Shown in pieces: positions 17,370 through 27,480 of a DNA stretch of 41,710 nucleotides. The position numbers were made by a program, and so were the translations under genes. Under the pieces are notes generated by a model. That model worked only from the letters and a program-made list of their open reading frames with translations, was not told the DNA's origin and made no database searches. The stretch's first letter is position 1. Each line of letters opens with the position of its first letter. The stretch comes from Candidatus Velthaea sp. (GTDB lineage: Bacteria > Vulcanimicrobiota > Vulcanimicrobiia > Vulcanimicrobiales > Vulcanimicrobiaceae), in the NCBI GenBank assembly GCA_050012475.1, contig JBEKHC010000055.1, forward strand, positions 1 through 41,710, written 5' to 3'.

Positions 17370-19873
17370 GCGCGAAACCGCAAAAGATGCTGCAGGTACG
17401 CTTCGCCCATCGCATCACCGATGCGATGCATCGCGTTCTCGACGCCGTCGAGCAAATCGATCAAGGCGGCGCGTTCGCGTTCGGCGTTCAACTCCGCAAC
17501 GGCGTACGCGTCGACCGACGCGATCAGCTTCTGGACTTCCTCGGCGAGCGCCTTGACCCGCCCGCGTTGCTGCACTTCGGTGATCATCGGCAAGTCGAAC
17601 GCGTGGCGCACGATCGCTTTGATTTGGAACGCGGCGGCGCGCGGATTGCTGTCGTCGAGCAGGAGCAGGTCGACGGCCGGCGCCGCCTGGAAGGCGTTGC
17701 GATACCGGTACGAATAGGTCATCGCGCTGTCGGCAATTTCGAGCGCCAGCTGAATCGCGCCGCTTTCGCGTTCGACGACCGTCGTGAGGGTGTGACGAAC
17801 GAGGGAGCATGCCGCCAAGGTCCGCTCGATGCGCCGGCCGAGATCGTAGAACAGCCAGTTGTTGCCCCGGGTCATGTTTTCGTCCGCAAGCCCAGAGAGC
17901 GCAGCGGTGCGCCGGATGAGCATGTCGAGATACGCGATCGCACCCGTGCCGTCGAACGCAGCGACGGAATCGAGCGCATCGGCGCTGGTCAAGATGTAGA
18001 TCGCGCGCCAGGTGTCGAGCGAGAGCCGATCGCGGGCGATCCACGCCGTGCGCGCAACGCGTCGAAGCAGCCGCTGCAGGCCTTTGGACTCCTTGCCGAA
18101 GATCGTGTCCTCGACTTCGTCGCGCAGCTTGGCGTCGTCGCCGGCGACGGCTTCTTCAATCGCCTCCTCGCTCACGTGCTCGAGTGGAACGAGGAGCCGG
18201 CGCGCGACGGCGGTCGCGCTCATGGTCGTGGTCGAAACGGTATCGCCGGCGAGACGCAGCACGACCGCGCGCAAGACGCGCACGAGATTCTCCGTACGTT
18301 CCGCGTAGCGTGCGAGCCAGAACAAATTGTCCATCGCGCGGCTGGGCGCTTCGTTTCCGGAGCGGCGAATCTCCACCCGGGCCGACGGCGGCCGCAGTAA
18401 GCTGAAGGTATCGACGGGCCCTTGCGCCAGCGCCCACACGTCTTTGCTCGAGGCGCCGGACTGCATCGACAGGGCCCGCACGGTGTCGTCGGCGGCGACG
18501 CGCGCGAGTCCGCCAGGCATGACGACGTAGCCGTTGGGCGTCCATGCCGCGAAGACGCGCAGCGACATCGGGCGCGAGGTGAACCCACCGTGCTCGAACG
18601 CCGGCGCCGTGCCCAGCCGGGCGAGATCCTGCACGACGTAGGTAGCCGAACGCCGTTCGACGTCGTCGGCAAACCGCGCGACTTGCGCGTCGCTCAGTTC
18701 GCTGCCCAACCGCGCCGACGAATAGCGCGAAAACAGCGGCCCGGCGTCGAACGCGTTGCGAATCACGCCGCGCCGCACGCGGGCCAAACCCTCTTTGCGG
18801 CCCCACGCGGTGCCACACCAGACCGTCGGAACGTTGGGCACGAGCAGGTCCTCATCGAACAGCGCGCGCGACGCGTTCGGAAGATACGCGTCGAGCGCCG
18901 GGGACTCAACGACGCCGCCGCCCAGCGCGTTGGCCATCACGACATTGCCCGCGCGAATGACGTCGACCAAGCCCGGCACGCCCAGCGCAGAATCCGCGCG
19001 CAACTCGAGCGGGTCGGCAAAATCCGAATCGAGCCGCCGGAAGATGACCGAGACGCGTTCGAGGCCGCCCAGCGTCCGCAGATACACCAGCCCGTCGAGC
19101 ACCAGCAAATCGTCGCCTTCGACGAGCTGCAGTCCGAGATACCGCGCGAGATACGCATGCTCGAAGTAAGCTTCGTTGTAGGCGCCGGGCGTCAGCAACA
19201 CGGCCTGCCCGTTCGCCCCCAAAGCGATCCCGACAACCGCGCTGCGATACAGCCGAAAAAACGTCGCCAAACGCTGCACGCCCAGTTCGTCGAACAGCTC
19301 CGGGAACGTTTGGCTGACGACGACCCGGTTTTCGAGCGCGTAGCCCAAGCCCGAGGGCGCGTCGGCGCGGCTGGCGTGCACCACCCACGAACCGTCGCCC
19401 GCGCGCGCCAGATCGATCGAATAGAGGTGGACGTGCACGCCGCTGGGCGGCCGGAATCCCGCGAGCGCGCGCAGATACTGGGGATGACCGAGCACCAGCT
19501 GCGGGGGCACGATGCCCTCGCGCAGCAAACGCTGCTCGCCGTAAATGTCGCGCAGGATCGCGTTCGACAAGCGCGCGCGCTGGACGACGGCGGCTTCGAT
19601 CAGCGCCCAATCGTCGGGGCTGACGATGAACGGCGCGATGTCCAGCTGCCACAGCCGTCCCAGACCCGGCGATTCGTCGTAGACGTTGTACGTGACGCCG
19701 TTTTCGCGCACCATGCGCAGCGCCGATTCGGTGCGCTGCGCGTAGTCTTCGGGCGGCATCGTGGTCAATGCCGTGGCAAGCTGTTCCCAATGCGGACGGA
19801 GCTTGCCGCTGGGATCGAGCAGCTCGTCATAGCGTCCCGACGTTTCGTCAGAAAAGAACGGCGCAACGTTCAC
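17366..19873 (-). CDS. Circularly permuted type 2 ATP-grasp protein fused to an alpha-E domain
   Basis: YDELL...RPHW, APSGLGYALENR, LLTPGAYNEAYFEH, MPGGLARV, SKDVW, and alpha-E ER motifs LFWLARYAERTE and LGRRIER. Confidence 0.92.
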   Translation of the reverse strand: MNVAPFFSDETSGRYDELLDPSGKLRPHWEQLATALTTMPPEDYAQRTESALRMVRENGVTYNVYDESPGLGRLWQLDIAPFIVSPDDWALIEAAVVQRARLSNAILRDIYGEQRLLREGIVPPQLVLGHPQYLRALAGFRPPSGVHVHLYSIDLARAGDGSWVVHASRADAPSGLGYALENRVVVSQTFPELFDELGVQRLATFFRLYRSAVVGIALGANGQAVLLTPGAYNEAYFEHAYLARYLGLQLVEGDDLLVLDGLVYLRTLGGLERVSVIFRRLDSDFADPLELRADSALGVPGLVDVIRAGNVVMANALGGGVVESPALDAYLPNASRALFDEDLLVPNVPTVWCGTAWGRKEGLARVRRGVIRNAFDAGPLFSRYSSARLGSELSDAQVARFADDVERRSATYVVQDLARLGTAPAFEHGGFTSRPMSLRVFAAWTPNGYVVMPGGLARVAADDTVRALSMQSGASSKDVWALAQGPVDTFSLLRPPSARVEIRRSGNEAPSRAMDNLFWLARYAERTENLVRVLRAVVLRLAGDTVSTTTMSATAVARRLLVPLEHVSEEAIEEAVAGDDAKLRDEVEDTIFGKESKGLQRLLRRVARTAWIARDRLSLDTWRAIYILTSADALDSVAAFDGTGAIAYLDMLIRRTAALSGLADENMTRGNNWLFYDLGRRIERTLAACSLVRHTLTTVVERESGAIQLALEIADSAMTYSYRYRNAFQAAPAVDLLLLDDSNPRAAAFQIKAIVRHAFDLPMITEVQQRGRVKALAEEVQKLIASVDAYAVAELNAERERAALIDLLDGVENAMHRIGDAMGEAYLQHLLRFRA

Positions 19874-19888
19874 TTGCGTGTCACCGAA

Positions 19889-22800
19889 CTAGCGGCGCCG
19901 AAGATCGAGGGTGTGCGGAAAGTCGACGTTGCGCCGTTCGTCCGGCGGCACGAACGTTCCGGGCGTGAAACCGAAGGGCTCGAAACGCGCCAGCCGGCGT
20001 CCTTCGGCCTCGTACGCGTTGACGGGGAACGTCTCGTAATTGCGGCCGCCCGGGTGCGAAACGTGATACGTGCAGCCGCCCAACGACCGCGACAGAAATT
20101 CGTCCCAAATCTCGCACACCAACGGCGCGTTCGGCGCAATCGTCGGATGCAGCGCGTGCGGCGCGCGCCAGGCGCGATAGCGCACGCCGCCGACCGCCGC
20201 GTCGATCGCGGTCGCCGCGAGCGGCACGCGCCGTCGATTCACCAAGACGTGATGCCGGCCGACGGTCAAGCCCGAAATCGTGACTTCGAGCCGCTCGACG
20301 GAGCCGTCCACGTAACGCACGGTTCCCCCGGGACTTCCTTCTTCGCCCATCACGTTCCATGGCTCGAGCGCGCCGCGCAACTCCAGCTTCACGCCGTCGT
20401 ACTGCACCGCGCCGTACAGCGGAAAGCGGAACTCCCAGTGCGGCCGGAACCAAGCGGGATCGAACGCGAACCCATGCGCGTTCAGATCGCGCAACACGTC
20501 GAGAAAATCGGTCCACACGTACTGCGGCAACATGAACTTGTCGTGCAAGGCGGTGCCCCAGCGCACGACGCCGTTGTCGTACGGCTCTTCCCAGAACCGC
20601 GCGATCAGCGCGCGCAGCAGCAATTGCTGGGCCAAGCTCATCTCGGCATGCGGAGGCATCTCGAACGAGCGGAACTCGACGAGTCCGAGGCGCCCCGTCG
20701 GCCCGTCGGGCGAATACAGCTTGTCGATGCAGATTTCCGTGCGGTGGGTGCTGCCGGTAACGTCGATGAGCAGATTGCGGAAAATCCGGTCGACCAGCCA
20801 CGGCGAAACTTTGAAGGGCGAACGCGGCGGCACTTCGGCGAACGCGATCTCGAGTTCGTAGAGTGCGTCCAGCCGTGCTTCATCGACGCGCGGTGCTTGA
20901 CTGGTCGGGCCGATGAACAAGCCCGAGAACAGATACGACAGCGAGGGATGATTCTGCCAGAACGCGACGACGCTGCGCAGCATGTCGGGCCGGCGCAAGA
21001 ACGGGCTGTCGGCCGGCGTCGCGGCGCCGACGACGATGTGATTGCCGCCGCCGGTTCCGGTATGTTTGCCGTCGAGCTGAAACTTCTCGGTGGCCAAGCG
21101 CGCCAGCCGCGCTTCCTCGTACAGCGTGGTCGTGATCGCGACCGCTTCGCGCCAACTGCGCGCGGGATGAACGTTGACTTCGATCACGCCGGGGTCGGGC
21201 GTTACCTTGATGACGTTGATGCGCGGATCGTACGGCGGCGGGTACCCTTCGATGTGCACCGGGGTCGCAAGACCTGCCGCCGCGCCCTCGACGGCGCCGA
21301 GCAGTTCGAGATAGTCGGCGGCCGATTCGGTCGGCGGCATGAAGACGCACAAGCGCCCGTCACGCGGTTCGACGGAAATTGCGGTGCGCACCGAACCGTC
21401 GATCGCGATGCCTTGCTCGACGAATTGCTGGCGCTGCCGCTGCTGCTCTTGCGCGCTGGGCCCGACCACCCGCTGTGGGGGCGCGAACGGATCTTCGGGT
21501 TCGGGTAGGGGCGGCAACGGCGCGAACGGATCGGGCGCCGGAACGATCGGCCGATCTTCGGGTTCGAGATATTCCAGCGACGCCAGCGGCAGGCGGAATC
21601 CCGCCGGTGCGTCGCCGTTCACGAGCTGAATGCGTCCGACCCGCGTCGACCACTGCTCGGAGCGCCAGCGCCGCAGATCGGCGGTATTCCAGCGCTGCAC
21701 CGGCAGGACGTACGCGGCGGGCGTATTGAGCCCGCGCCGGAAGCTGCGCGCGAGCCGGGCGCGTTCTTCGGGATCCTCGAGTTTAGAATCGAACGTCGTC
21801 ACGTTTTCCGGCAGTTCGGCTTCTTTGATGACCAGCGCGCGCGCATCTTCGAACGCCGGCGCGACGAAGGCCGGATCGAGATCGATGCGCTGGGCGATGC
21901 CGCGCGCGAGCGCGGCGGCATCGTCGATGGTGGGATTGGCGTCGGCCGTTTCGCGGGCGACCTGCTCGGCATCGTGCCACAGCGGCATCCCGTCGCCGCG
22001 CCAATACAGCGCGAACGCCCAGCGCGGCAACGATTCACCGGGATACCATTTTCCCTGCCCATAGTGCAGCATGCCGCCGGGCGCAAAGCGATCGCGCAGC
22101 CGCCGGATGAGCTCGTCGCCGAAGGCGCGCTTCGTCGGACCGACCGCCTCGGTGGTCCATTCGGCGGCATCCATGTCGTCGATAGCCACGAAGGTCGGCT
22201 CGCCGCCCATCGTGAGCCGCACGTCACGTTCGCGCAGCACGTCGTCCACGTGGTCGCCCAGCCGGTCGATCGCCGCCCATTGGGCGTCGGAATAGGGCTT
22301 GGTCACGCGCGGCGGCTCGTGGACGCGCGTCACCGACATCTCGAAGCCGAACGTCACTTCGCAGGGATCGACGGTGCCCGAAATCGGCGACGCCGAGACG
22401 GGGTTCGCCGCGCAGGCCAGCGGGATGTGTCCTTCGCCGGCAAACAGCCCCGAGGTGGGGTCGAGCCCCACCCATCCGGCGCCGGGCAAGTACACCTCGC
22501 ACCAGGCGTGCAGATCGGTGAAATCGTGGCTCGTTCCGGACGGCCCGTCCAGCGCCACGACGTCGGGCTTGAGTTGGATGAGATAACCGGAGGCGAACCG
22601 GGCGGCGAGCCCGAGGCGGCGCAGCAGCTGCACGAGCAGCCAGGCCGAGTCGCGACACGAGCCCGAGCGTTTCTCGAGCGTTTCGTCCGGCGTTTGAATG
22701 CCGGGCTCCATCCGGATTACGTAACCGATCTCGTGCTGCAGCGCAGCGTTGAGCGCGAACACGAACGCGGTCGTCGGCCGCTCGCCGCGGTCGATCCCGG

Positions 22801-23194
22801 CGAGAAACGTCTCGAAGCGCTCACCCAGCGTTTCGGCCACGAGGTACGGCGCAAGCTCGAGCGCCAGCCACGGCTCGTACCGGAAGGGGTAGCGCTCCGC
22901 GGACTCTTCGAGAAAAAAATCGAACGGGTTGATGACCGCGAGATCGGCGACGAGGTCGACGGTGATCTCGAACCGTTCGGTCGCATTCGGCAACAGCACG
23001 CGTGCCAGCCAGTTCGATTGCGGGTCTTGCTGCCAATTCAGAAAATGGTCGGCCGGCTGCACGTCGAGCCGATACGATACGATCGGCGTCCGGCAGTGCG
23101 GCGCCGGCCGCAGCCGGATCACCTGCGGCCCCAGTTTGATCGGCCGATCGTAGGTGTAGCTGGTCTTGTGATGGAGGGCAGCCCGAAGACTCAT
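19889..23194 (-). CDS. Transglutaminase + DUF2126 (putative amidoligase) fusion
   Basis: GSCRDSAWLL, DLHAW, GLDPTSG, then LTMGGEPTFV, VTPDPGVIEVN, GTGGGNH, GNL-like GSTHRTE and GLVEFRSFEMPPH. ATG at 23194. Confidence 0.93.
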   Translation of the reverse strand: MSLRAALHHKTSYTYDRPIKLGPQVIRLRPAPHCRTPIVSYRLDVQPADHFLNWQQDPQSNWLARVLLPNATERFEITVDLVADLAVINPFDFFLEESAERYPFRYEPWLALELAPYLVAETLGERFETFLAGIDRGERPTTAFVFALNAALQHEIGYVIRMEPGIQTPDETLEKRSGSCRDSAWLLVQLLRRLGLAARFASGYLIQLKPDVVALDGPSGTSHDFTDLHAWCEVYLPGAGWVGLDPTSGLFAGEGHIPLACAANPVSASPISGTVDPCEVTFGFEMSVTRVHEPPRVTKPYSDAQWAAIDRLGDHVDDVLRERDVRLTMGGEPTFVAIDDMDAAEWTTEAVGPTKRAFGDELIRRLRDRFAPGGMLHYGQGKWYPGESLPRWAFALYWRGDGMPLWHDAEQVARETADANPTIDDAAALARGIAQRIDLDPAFVAPAFEDARALVIKEAELPENVTTFDSKLEDPEERARLARSFRRGLNTPAAYVLPVQRWNTADLRRWRSEQWSTRVGRIQLVNGDAPAGFRLPLASLEYLEPEDRPIVPAPDPFAPLPPLPEPEDPFAPPQRVVGPSAQEQQRQRQQFVEQGIAIDGSVRTAISVEPRDGRLCVFMPPTESAADYLELLGAVEGAAAGLATPVHIEGYPPPYDPRINVIKVTPDPGVIEVNVHPARSWREAVAITTTLYEEARLARLATEKFQLDGKHTGTGGGNHIVVGAATPADSPFLRRPDMLRSVVAFWQNHPSLSYLFSGLFIGPTSQAPRVDEARLDALYELEIAFAEVPPRSPFKVSPWLVDRIFRNLLIDVTGSTHRTEICIDKLYSPDGPTGRLGLVEFRSFEMPPHAEMSLAQQLLLRALIARFWEEPYDNGVVRWGTALHDKFMLPQYVWTDFLDVLRDLNAHGFAFDPAWFRPHWEFRFPLYGAVQYDGVKLELRGALEPWNVMGEEGSPGGTVRYVDGSVERLEVTISGLTVGRHHVLVNRRRVPLAATAIDAAVGGVRYRAWRAPHALHPTIAPNAPLVCEIWDEFLSRSLGGCTYHVSHPGGRNYETFPVNAYEAEGRRLARFEPFGFTPGTFVPPDERRNVDFPHTLDLRRR

Positions 23195-23309
23195 ATCCCT
23201 ATACAACTCGCGCTCGGTCGCCCAGGACCTACCGAAAAAGGTGACGTTCCTCGACCCTTTCGCGCAGACGCCTTGCGCAGTTCGAACATTTGTTCGATTT
23301 TCAGGTTCC

Positions 23310-23711
23310 TCATTTTGCCGAAACCGGCCGCGGTCGCCGGTCGCCGTCGATGGCGACCAAGGTAAAGAGCGCGCTGGTGACCTGGTTCGTCCCATCCATG
23401 TCGCGGTCGCGGCGCCAGGCCTCGACGGCAATGCGCATCGACGTTCGGCCGACCGACGCCACCGCCGCATAGATGCTCACTTCGTCGCCGACGAACACCG
23501 GACTCAAAAAGGACATCGCCTCGACGGCAACGGTCGCGCAGCGGCCGTGGGCGTGACGAGCCGCCGCGTTGCCGGCAGCAAGGTCCATCTGCGCCATCAG
23601 CCAGCCGCCGAAGATGTCGCCGTCGGGATTGGTGTCGGCCGGCATCGCAATCGCTCTGATCACCGGGCATTCCGGCAGGAGGGGATTTCGTTGAACCTCA
23701 GATCTCGCCAT
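23310..23711 (-). CDS. Acyl-CoA thioesterase (hotdog fold, YciA-like)
   Basis: AMPADTNPDGDIFGGWLMAQMDLAA, PVFVGDEV, VGRTSM, FTLVAID. Confidence 0.92.
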   Translation of the reverse strand: MARSEVQRNPLLPECPVIRAIAMPADTNPDGDIFGGWLMAQMDLAAGNAAARHAHGRCATVAVEAMSFLSPVFVGDEVSIYAAVASVGRTSMRIAVEAWRRDRDMDGTNQVTSALFTLVAIDGDRRPRPVSAK

Positions 23712-23819
23712 TTGCTTGGCGTTCGGTTCAGCGCCGCATGAAACCGGCCCAGCTCCCGCGCAAGCCAGAGCCGTAGTGCCCTTTTGCCGGCGAACCGCAT
23801 CACCTACGCTACGACTATC

Positions 23820-24005
23820 GTGAACGCGCGCGTTGTTTTTCTTTTTCGCGACCAGAACGTCCGCAAACTGGTGCATGCCCGGCATCGGCAAGCGCGCATC
23901 GAAGCGCTGCAGCGGGGCATCCCCGAGGTCGTCGATCCCCAAACCGCGCCGCCCGACGAACTCGCTGCGCGACGGGCGCGCAAAGCAGCGGTCGCAACGC
24001 CGTAA
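23820..24005 (+). CDS. Small hypothetical protein
   Basis: ORF (FLFRDQNVRKLVHARHRQARIEALQRG...) whose stop overlaps the presumptive start of mug. Start uncertain (GTG 23820 or TTG 23784). Confidence 0.5.
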   Translation: MNARVVFLFRDQNVRKLVHARHRQARIEALQRGIPEVVDPQTAPPDELAARRARKAAVATP

Positions 24006-24565
24006 CGACGCTTCCCGATCTCCTTGCCGCTTCGCTCGACGTGGTGTTCGTCGGGATCAACCCGTCGTGCTACTCCGCCGAGCGCGGCCATTATTTCGCG
24101 CGCGGCAGCAACCGCTTCTGGCCGTGTCTGTCCGCTTCGGTCTTGAGTTTGCCGGCGCGCCGCGCGCTCGCGGTTGAAAAGCTCGGCCCGCTGTGCGATC
24201 GCGCGCTGCTCGCACACGGCATCGGCTTCACCGACGTCGTCAAACGCGCGACGCCGAAAGCGAGCGATCTCACGCCATCCGAACTGCGCGCGGGCGTCGC
24301 CGTTCTGCTGGCCAAACTCGAGCGCTACCAGCCGCGCATCGCCTGTTTTCACGGCGTGACGGGGTATCGCTACGTCCACCGCGTGCTCACGGGATCGACC
24401 ACGAAAGTGGAGCTCGGACTGCAAGAGCTGCTGCTCGGGCCCACGCGCGTGTTCGTCGTTCCCAACCCGAGCGGCGCGAACGCGCACTTTACCCGCGCCG
24501 ACCAAACACACTGGTACGACCGGCTCGCGGCGTGCCTTGAGACCCAGCGGCGCGCGGCCGGCTAG
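24002..24565 (+). CDS. mug: Mismatch-specific uracil/thymine DNA glycosylase (UDG family 2)
   Basis: TLPDLLAASLDVVFVGINP, GHYFARGSNRFW, GIGFTDVVKRAT and VPNPSGAN. First canonical start is GTG 24041, downstream of the conserved LPD. Confidence 0.88.
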   Translation, partial: VTTLPDLLAASLDVVFVGINPSCYSAERGHYFARGSNRFWPCLSASVLSLPARRALAVEKLGPLCDRALLAHGIGFTDVVKRATPKASDLTPSELRAGVAVLLAKLERYQPRIACFHGVTGYRYVHRVLTGSTTKVELGLQELLLGPTRVFVVPNPSGANAHFTRADQTHWYDRLAACLETQRRAAG

Positions 24566-25317
24566 TCGCCGCCGCCGTAGGCCGGAAAAGCCGACCTCCA
24601 GCCCGGCGGCGGCAAAAACCGCCCCGGTTCGGCGCGCCGATGGGCGAGATAGCGGTCCCAGTTTTCGCTCGCAAAGGTGACCTCGAGCGCGCGATCGACG
24701 CGCGGGCTGGTCGAAAAGGTCGCCGTAAGGCGGAGTTCGGCGGCGATGGTCGCGTACGACGACGCGATCTGGCGCAGCGTATCGTCGTGCAGGGCGGCCA
24801 CGTCGATGAGGTTCTCGATGCGAATGCTTTCCTGCGGCCGCTGCGGATCGAGCGCCGCGAGCACGTCGAAGCGCACGTAATCGAAGAATTGCGTGGCGTC
24901 GAACTGGTAGCTGATGCGCCCGTCGAAGGTGCTGAGGTCGGCGCAGATCGGCACGGCGCTCAGCGTCCGGCCGAGGCTGCCGTGTCCTTCGAGGCGCCAC
25001 GGGTCGTTCGTCGCGAGCAGCCGTAAATACGCGTCGACGGTGCGCTCGGGATCCTCGAAACAATTGACCTCGAAAGCTTCGGCCTGCGCGTCGCGCCGCG
25101 CGACCCAGGCCCGAATCTCTTCGCGCGTTCCGGCGACGGGCGGCTCGCTCTCGAAGAGCGTGATTTCCGCGTCGTCGCCAAAGCTCAGCTGGACGTCCGA
25201 CACGACCTGGCGGCAATCATCGTACAACACGTAAGCGGCAAAATGGCGCTTCGCCGTTTCGCGATCGGCGGCAGCGATGCGCGCGATGCGCGTCGTCGCG
25301 TAAAAGACTTCGTACAT
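24562..25317 (-). CDS. Hypothetical protein
   Basis: 251-aa ORF with GAGGAG next to the ATG and globular composition. No family recognised. Confidence 0.7.
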   Translation of the reverse strand: MYEVFYATTRIARIAAADRETAKRHFAAYVLYDDCRQVVSDVQLSFGDDAEITLFESEPPVAGTREEIRAWVARRDAQAEAFEVNCFEDPERTVDAYLRLLATNDPWRLEGHGSLGRTLSAVPICADLSTFDGRISYQFDATQFFDYVRFDVLAALDPQRPQESIRIENLIDVAALHDDTLRQIASSYATIAAELRLTATFSTSPRVDRALEVTFASENWDRYLAHRRAEPGRFLPPPGWRSAFPAYGGGD

Positions 25318-25387
25318 GCTCCTCGACGTTCACGCACGACCCGAAAAACCCGGCCGGACGCGCTGCGCGCCCGGCCGGGTCGTGCCC

Positions 25388-27178
25388 TCAGAATTGCGAG
25401 TTGTTGATCGAACCGATCCCGGTGGTTTGATCGTAGCCGCGCGTCGCGTTCCACTGGAGACCGGTGTTGCCGCTCGTGATGTCGTAGAACAGCCCGCCGT
25501 AGACGCCTTGCGGAGCGAAACCGAAGACATCGAAGCTCGCATACAGCCACGGGTTGACGAAGCCGACTTGGGTGTGCAACTCCTGGTTCCATTCAGCGAC
25601 GAGCGCCGACGCTACCGGCGAAGCAACCGACGTACCGGCAACCTCGTACCAACCGCCGATATCCGACTCGTAGAACGCGGTGTACGCACTCGGAACATAC
25701 GCAGAATTGAACGAAATATCCGGCACATTGCGACCCGCAAAGCCACGATTGATCTGTGGCGATGGCGGCGCGATGGTCACGTTCGGAACGTTGGCCATGC
25801 CGCCAACATTGTTCTGGTAGAACGGACGCGGGAAGTAGCTCGACACGCCGCCGCCGCCACCAAGATCGACGGTCGGATCCCAATTCCAGGCAGTTTCGGA
25901 AATACGCGCACCGGTCTTGGGGTCGGCTTGCAGCTGCGTTCCGCCAACGGACAAGAAGTGCGGATCGGCCCCCGGAATAACGACGCCATACGGTTCGTAG
26001 TACAGCGATCCGTCAGCCGCCACGCCCGGAGCATATGCACCCCAGTCGCCGGCGACCGACATAAACGTCATACCTTCGGCGGCACCCTGAATCGCCACGT
26101 TCTCGGTTGCAATCGCGAACGGAATGTCATCGAGTTCGCCGGTACCGAAGCTCGAGCTTACAACCTGAACCGCGTGCTGATCGAGAATCAGGTTGTAGCC
26201 GTCTTCGACCGATGGATCCGAAAGGTCGGCGATCATATAGAGATCGACATTGGCTGCCGGAGCAAGGCTCGACGATTGCTGAACATCGAGTTCCGCTTCG
26301 CCTTCGTCTCCCGTTGCCGCTTGATAGCCGGGATAGGTATCGACCGTAATGCGGTTGATATTGCCCGTCCGTTTGATCTGCGCGGCTTGCCAGAACGCTA
26401 CGAGATCGCTCTGAGGAATATCGGAATCCATGACGATACCGATCGACTGCCCGAGACCCGTATACCCGAACTGGCTTGGAAACTGATACGCTTTCGCATA
26501 CGCCGTCGGATAGTAGCCCTCGAACCCATACTCGTCGATACGCTCGATCGGAGCGCCGGTATCGTGGCCTTTGCCGCCCGGATGCGAATGCTGAAAAACA
26601 AGCGAACTCGTCTTGATCTTGATCAAGTTGTCCAACCCGGAAACAGTTAGAACATCCCCGGCAATCGACGCCGGCACCGAGGCCGCGGTCGCGTTGGCAT
26701 ACCGAATGCCGTGCTTCGTCTGAAGCACCCGATGAATCTCGGTCTTGAACAGACCCGTTGCAGCAGCGGCCGTGCCGGTCGCATCGATCATCGTTCGGTT
26801 GCGGTAGGTTCGCGTGACCCGAAAGCCCGCTGCCGTCAGCGATTGCGCGACTCGCCCGTAACTTGCCGGCGTGGGTCCGAATTCGGCCGCGAACTGCGCC
26901 GGCGTGAGGTAATGCCGAAACAGCGGCGATCCGGGCGTACCTTGCAGATCGACCAGCCGGGTCAGCTCGGCTGCGTTGCGGTAGTTGAGGGCAACCGTGA
27001 TGTTGACCTTGGTCGCGGCCGGTGCGACGCCGAGATCACGCAGGTCATGCCGCACGACGGCGGACGTAATGAGACGGGAAACGGGGGCGCTTGAAAGGTG
27101 CGCTGCGCTCGCCGGAGCGGCAATCGACACGATTGCCGAGCCCGCGAACGTTGCGAGAACGAAGAGGGGAAGATTCAC
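25388..27178 (-). CDS. S53 family (sedolisin/kumamolisin) serine-carboxyl peptidase with pro-domain
   Basis: Signal peptide, pro-kumamolisin domain (PGSPLFRHYLTPAQFAAEFGP), catalytic EAELD, AGDWG, GTSVASP and Ca-site GYDQTTGIGS. GTG 27178 follows GGAG. Confidence 0.92.
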   Translation of the reverse strand: MNLPLFVLATFAGSAIVSIAAPASAAHLSSAPVSRLITSAVVRHDLRDLGVAPAATKVNITVALNYRNAAELTRLVDLQGTPGSPLFRHYLTPAQFAAEFGPTPASYGRVAQSLTAAGFRVTRTYRNRTMIDATGTAAAATGLFKTEIHRVLQTKHGIRYANATAASVPASIAGDVLTVSGLDNLIKIKTSSLVFQHSHPGGKGHDTGAPIERIDEYGFEGYYPTAYAKAYQFPSQFGYTGLGQSIGIVMDSDIPQSDLVAFWQAAQIKRTGNINRITVDTYPGYQAATGDEGEAELDVQQSSSLAPAANVDLYMIADLSDPSVEDGYNLILDQHAVQVVSSSFGTGELDDIPFAIATENVAIQGAAEGMTFMSVAGDWGAYAPGVAADGSLYYEPYGVVIPGADPHFLSVGGTQLQADPKTGARISETAWNWDPTVDLGGGGGVSSYFPRPFYQNNVGGMANVPNVTIAPPSPQINRGFAGRNVPDISFNSAYVPSAYTAFYESDIGGWYEVAGTSVASPVASALVAEWNQELHTQVGFVNPWLYASFDVFGFAPQGVYGGLFYDITSGNTGLQWNATRGYDQTTGIGSINNSQF

Positions 27179-27480
27179 CGGGGTTGACGCTCCGTAATGG
27201 CAAGAGAAGAAAACGAAGACGAGCGCGACTCTAACGAATCGCGAACAGTTAAAACCAACTACAAGCATAGCAGTAAGCGGCGTCTTCGGGCGGTGATATG
27301 TATCTCGTTTGCGGTGCGCGTCGTCCTTCGTTTCGCATGATGATGCGCGCGTAAATTAACCTCCGCCAAACGAACGTACCACGGGGGCATTTTCGGTCAG
27401 CGCGAATCGCGCGGAAATCGCTGCCGCCCGCGAAAGCCGGCGCCTGAACGAACGCATCGCCAAACGCTGCGGTGCATGCA

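Noticed and set aside
18422..21508. 1028-aa plus-strand ORF, and similar long ORFs at 21974-23365, 25316-26650, 34013-36310 and 38145-39863
   Set aside because: Antisense shadows of well-supported minus-strand genes in high-GC DNA, with no motifs.
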